The translations under genes were made by a program, and so were the position numbers. Below the pieces are notes generated by a model that was not told the DNA's origin, ran no database searches, and saw only the letters and a list, made by a program, of their open reading frames with translations. 26,275 nucleotides of DNA from a virus (taxonomy: Duplodnaviria; Caudoviricetes): positions 1 to 26,275 of the IMG/VR virus record IMGVR_UViG_3300035675_000026; one strand, given 5' to 3'. Positions within the stretch are counted from its first letter, which is position 1. Every line of letters starts with the position of its first letter. Of this stretch, positions 24,848-26,275 are shown piece after piece.

Positions 24848-25062
24848 GAATTAATAAGATTCCTCAAAAAATTGAGAATTTAATTGAAGCATATTCTTGT
24901 TGTCTTACCCCTAAACAAAAAATTATTCTTGAATTAAAGTTTTGTAATAGAAAAAAAATATCTGAAATTGCTAAAATACTAAGATTAACTGAAGAAAGAA
25001 TTCATCAGTTACAAGAAAGTGCGATTAAAATCTTAATAGAGAAAACAAAGGTTGTAAAATAA
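24844..25062 (+). CDS. Sigma70 region-4-like HTH protein
   Basis: LTPKQKIILELKF...ISEIAKILRLTEERIHQLQESAIKIL. Confidence 0.8.
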   Translation: MRINKIPQKIENLIEAYSCCLTPKQKIILELKFCNRKKISEIAKILRLTEERIHQLQESAIKILIEKTKVVK

Positions 25063-25076
25063 TTATTAATTAATTT

Positions 25077-25736
25077 ATGGAAATACCTATCATTGAACCA
25101 GAAGGAGAAGGATATTTTGAGATATATGAGAATGAGAAAATCTGGCATGATGAAAGGGAACTCCATCATATTATGAAGTTCAATCAATATAAAGAGGTAG
25201 GAGAAAAATACGGTGTTGGTGCTGGAAATTGGATGAATTTAGAACAAGGTGAAAACAAAATTAGAATTGTGAGTAACTTTGAAGATTACGGTAATCATTT
25301 TGATTCAATTTCAAAAAAATCTACAGTTTGTATTGGCAAAGATGAAGGATGTGAATACTGTAAATTGGGACAAAAACCAAGAGTCCAGTTTTTAGGTTGG
25401 GTAATTGATAGAAAAAACAATGAAGTAAAACTATTGAGAATTGGTTTTCAGATTCATAGAGCAATCGGTGAACTTGCTACAAGTGATGAATATGGATTTG
25501 ATGATACGCCTGATTATGATATGACAATTAAAAAGGAAGGAGAAGGTCTTGATACTGAATACCATGTAATACCAGCAAGAAAGAATACAGCATTAACGGT
25601 AGAAGAAAGTAATGAGATAAATGCTAAAGTTAAAGACCCAAGAGAAATCATTGAAAAAATGCAAGCAAAAGTCGCACCTAAAAAAGAAGAAATAATTGAA
25701 GAAGAGGAAGTCGATGTAAAAGATATTCCTTTTTAA
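25077..25736 (+). CDS. Single-stranded DNA-binding protein (T4 gp32-like)
   Basis: GENKIRIV, H...C...CEYC zinc site, VIDR...VKLL, YDMTIKKEGEGLDTEYHV and acidic tail ending DIPF. Alternative start at 25173. Confidence 0.75.
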   Translation: MEIPIIEPEGEGYFEIYENEKIWHDERELHHIMKFNQYKEVGEKYGVGAGNWMNLEQGENKIRIVSNFEDYGNHFDSISKKSTVCIGKDEGCEYCKLGQKPRVQFLGWVIDRKNNEVKLLRIGFQIHRAIGELATSDEYGFDDTPDYDMTIKKEGEGLDTEYHVIPARKNTALTVEESNEINAKVKDPREIIEKMQAKVAPKKEEIIEEEEVDVKDIPF

Positions 25737-25740
25737 AAAT

Positions 25741-25941
25741 ATGGAAAAATCAATAAACGAAAAAGTTTTAAGATTCGTTGGTAGTGCTAGTCTTCCTCTT
25801 GACACTGAAATGGAATTAGGGGATGATAAAAAGGTAAATCTTGACGGCGCAGTTATCAATGTAGTTCGAAAAGATAATCAAGATGGAACACAAAACATTG
25901 AATATGTTGTCAAGATAATTACAGCAGGTATTGTTAGGTAG
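25741..25941 (+). CDS. Small beta-rich hypothetical protein (66 aa)
   Basis: Clean ORF 4 nt after the SSB gene. Confidence 0.7.
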   Translation: MEKSINEKVLRFVGSASLPLDTEMELGDDKKVNLDGAVINVVRKDNQDGTQNIEYVVKIITAGIVR

Positions 25942-25970
25942 GGTTATGGTCGAAAACCTTGCACAACTAA

Positions 25971-26275
25971 GATTATAGGGTAAAGAAATTAAAGAAAACA
26001 AGGATATGTATAAATGTTTACTGTCAAGGAGAATTTAAAGCTCTTACAAATACACATCTAACATACAAACATAATCTAACAATAATAGATTATCTTAAGA
26101 AATTCCCAGATGAAAAAATAGTTGTAGGAAGAGAATTTATTAAAGGATTAAATCCTTGGAATAAAAATCTTGTTTTTGTAAAACATACTTATTACAGTGA
26201 ACCAGGATATTATGATGAATTACAAAAACAAATTCTTGAAAGAGATAAAAATCAATGTGTTATATGTGGAAAGAG
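25971..26275 (+). CDS. Putative HNH endonuclease with N-terminal zinc finger (truncated; start unclear)
   Basis: Open frame ...CINVYCQGEFKALTNTHLTYKHNLTIIDYLKKFP...PWNK...ILERDKNQCVICGK. RDxxxCxxCG is typical of HNH N-termini. Confidence 0.6.

Noticed and set aside
1-26275. Stop-codon recoding (alternative genetic code)
   Set aside because: All large genes are intact in code 11, and TAA, TAG and TGA all occur at tight gene junctions.

Overview
A fragment of a tailed dsDNA phage genome, probably short-tailed (podovirus-like), with two divergent arms. The minus arm (~20,020 to 1) is the late morphogenesis operon: small genes, TerS, five mini-genes, a lambda gpA-type TerL, portal, scaffold and major capsid protein. 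These are followed by an ~8.5 kb block of duplicated putative capsid-decoration/fibre genes, a head-tail adaptor, a tail nozzle and a beta-helix tailspike truncated at the window edge. The plus arm (20,264 to the end) holds early and replication genes: HTH proteins, a Holliday-junction resolvase, a replication initiator with internal iterons and an AT-rich tract, small acidic proteins, a Cas4-like exonuclease, a sigma-r4 HTH, a gp32-like SSB and a truncated HNH. No integrase, clear lysis gene, tRNA or CRISPR array was seen. The most unusual signals are: (i) a conserved AAAGGTC(G) leader box mostly 19-23 nt before start codons on both arms, sometimes paired with sequence starting at the upstream stop codon; (ii) complementary intergenic hairpin elements flanking single genes; (iii) strong Gly-Thr enrichment limited to outer virion proteins; (iv) a decoration module built from paralog pairs. 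All functions are assigned by eye from motifs and gene order. No database search was run.
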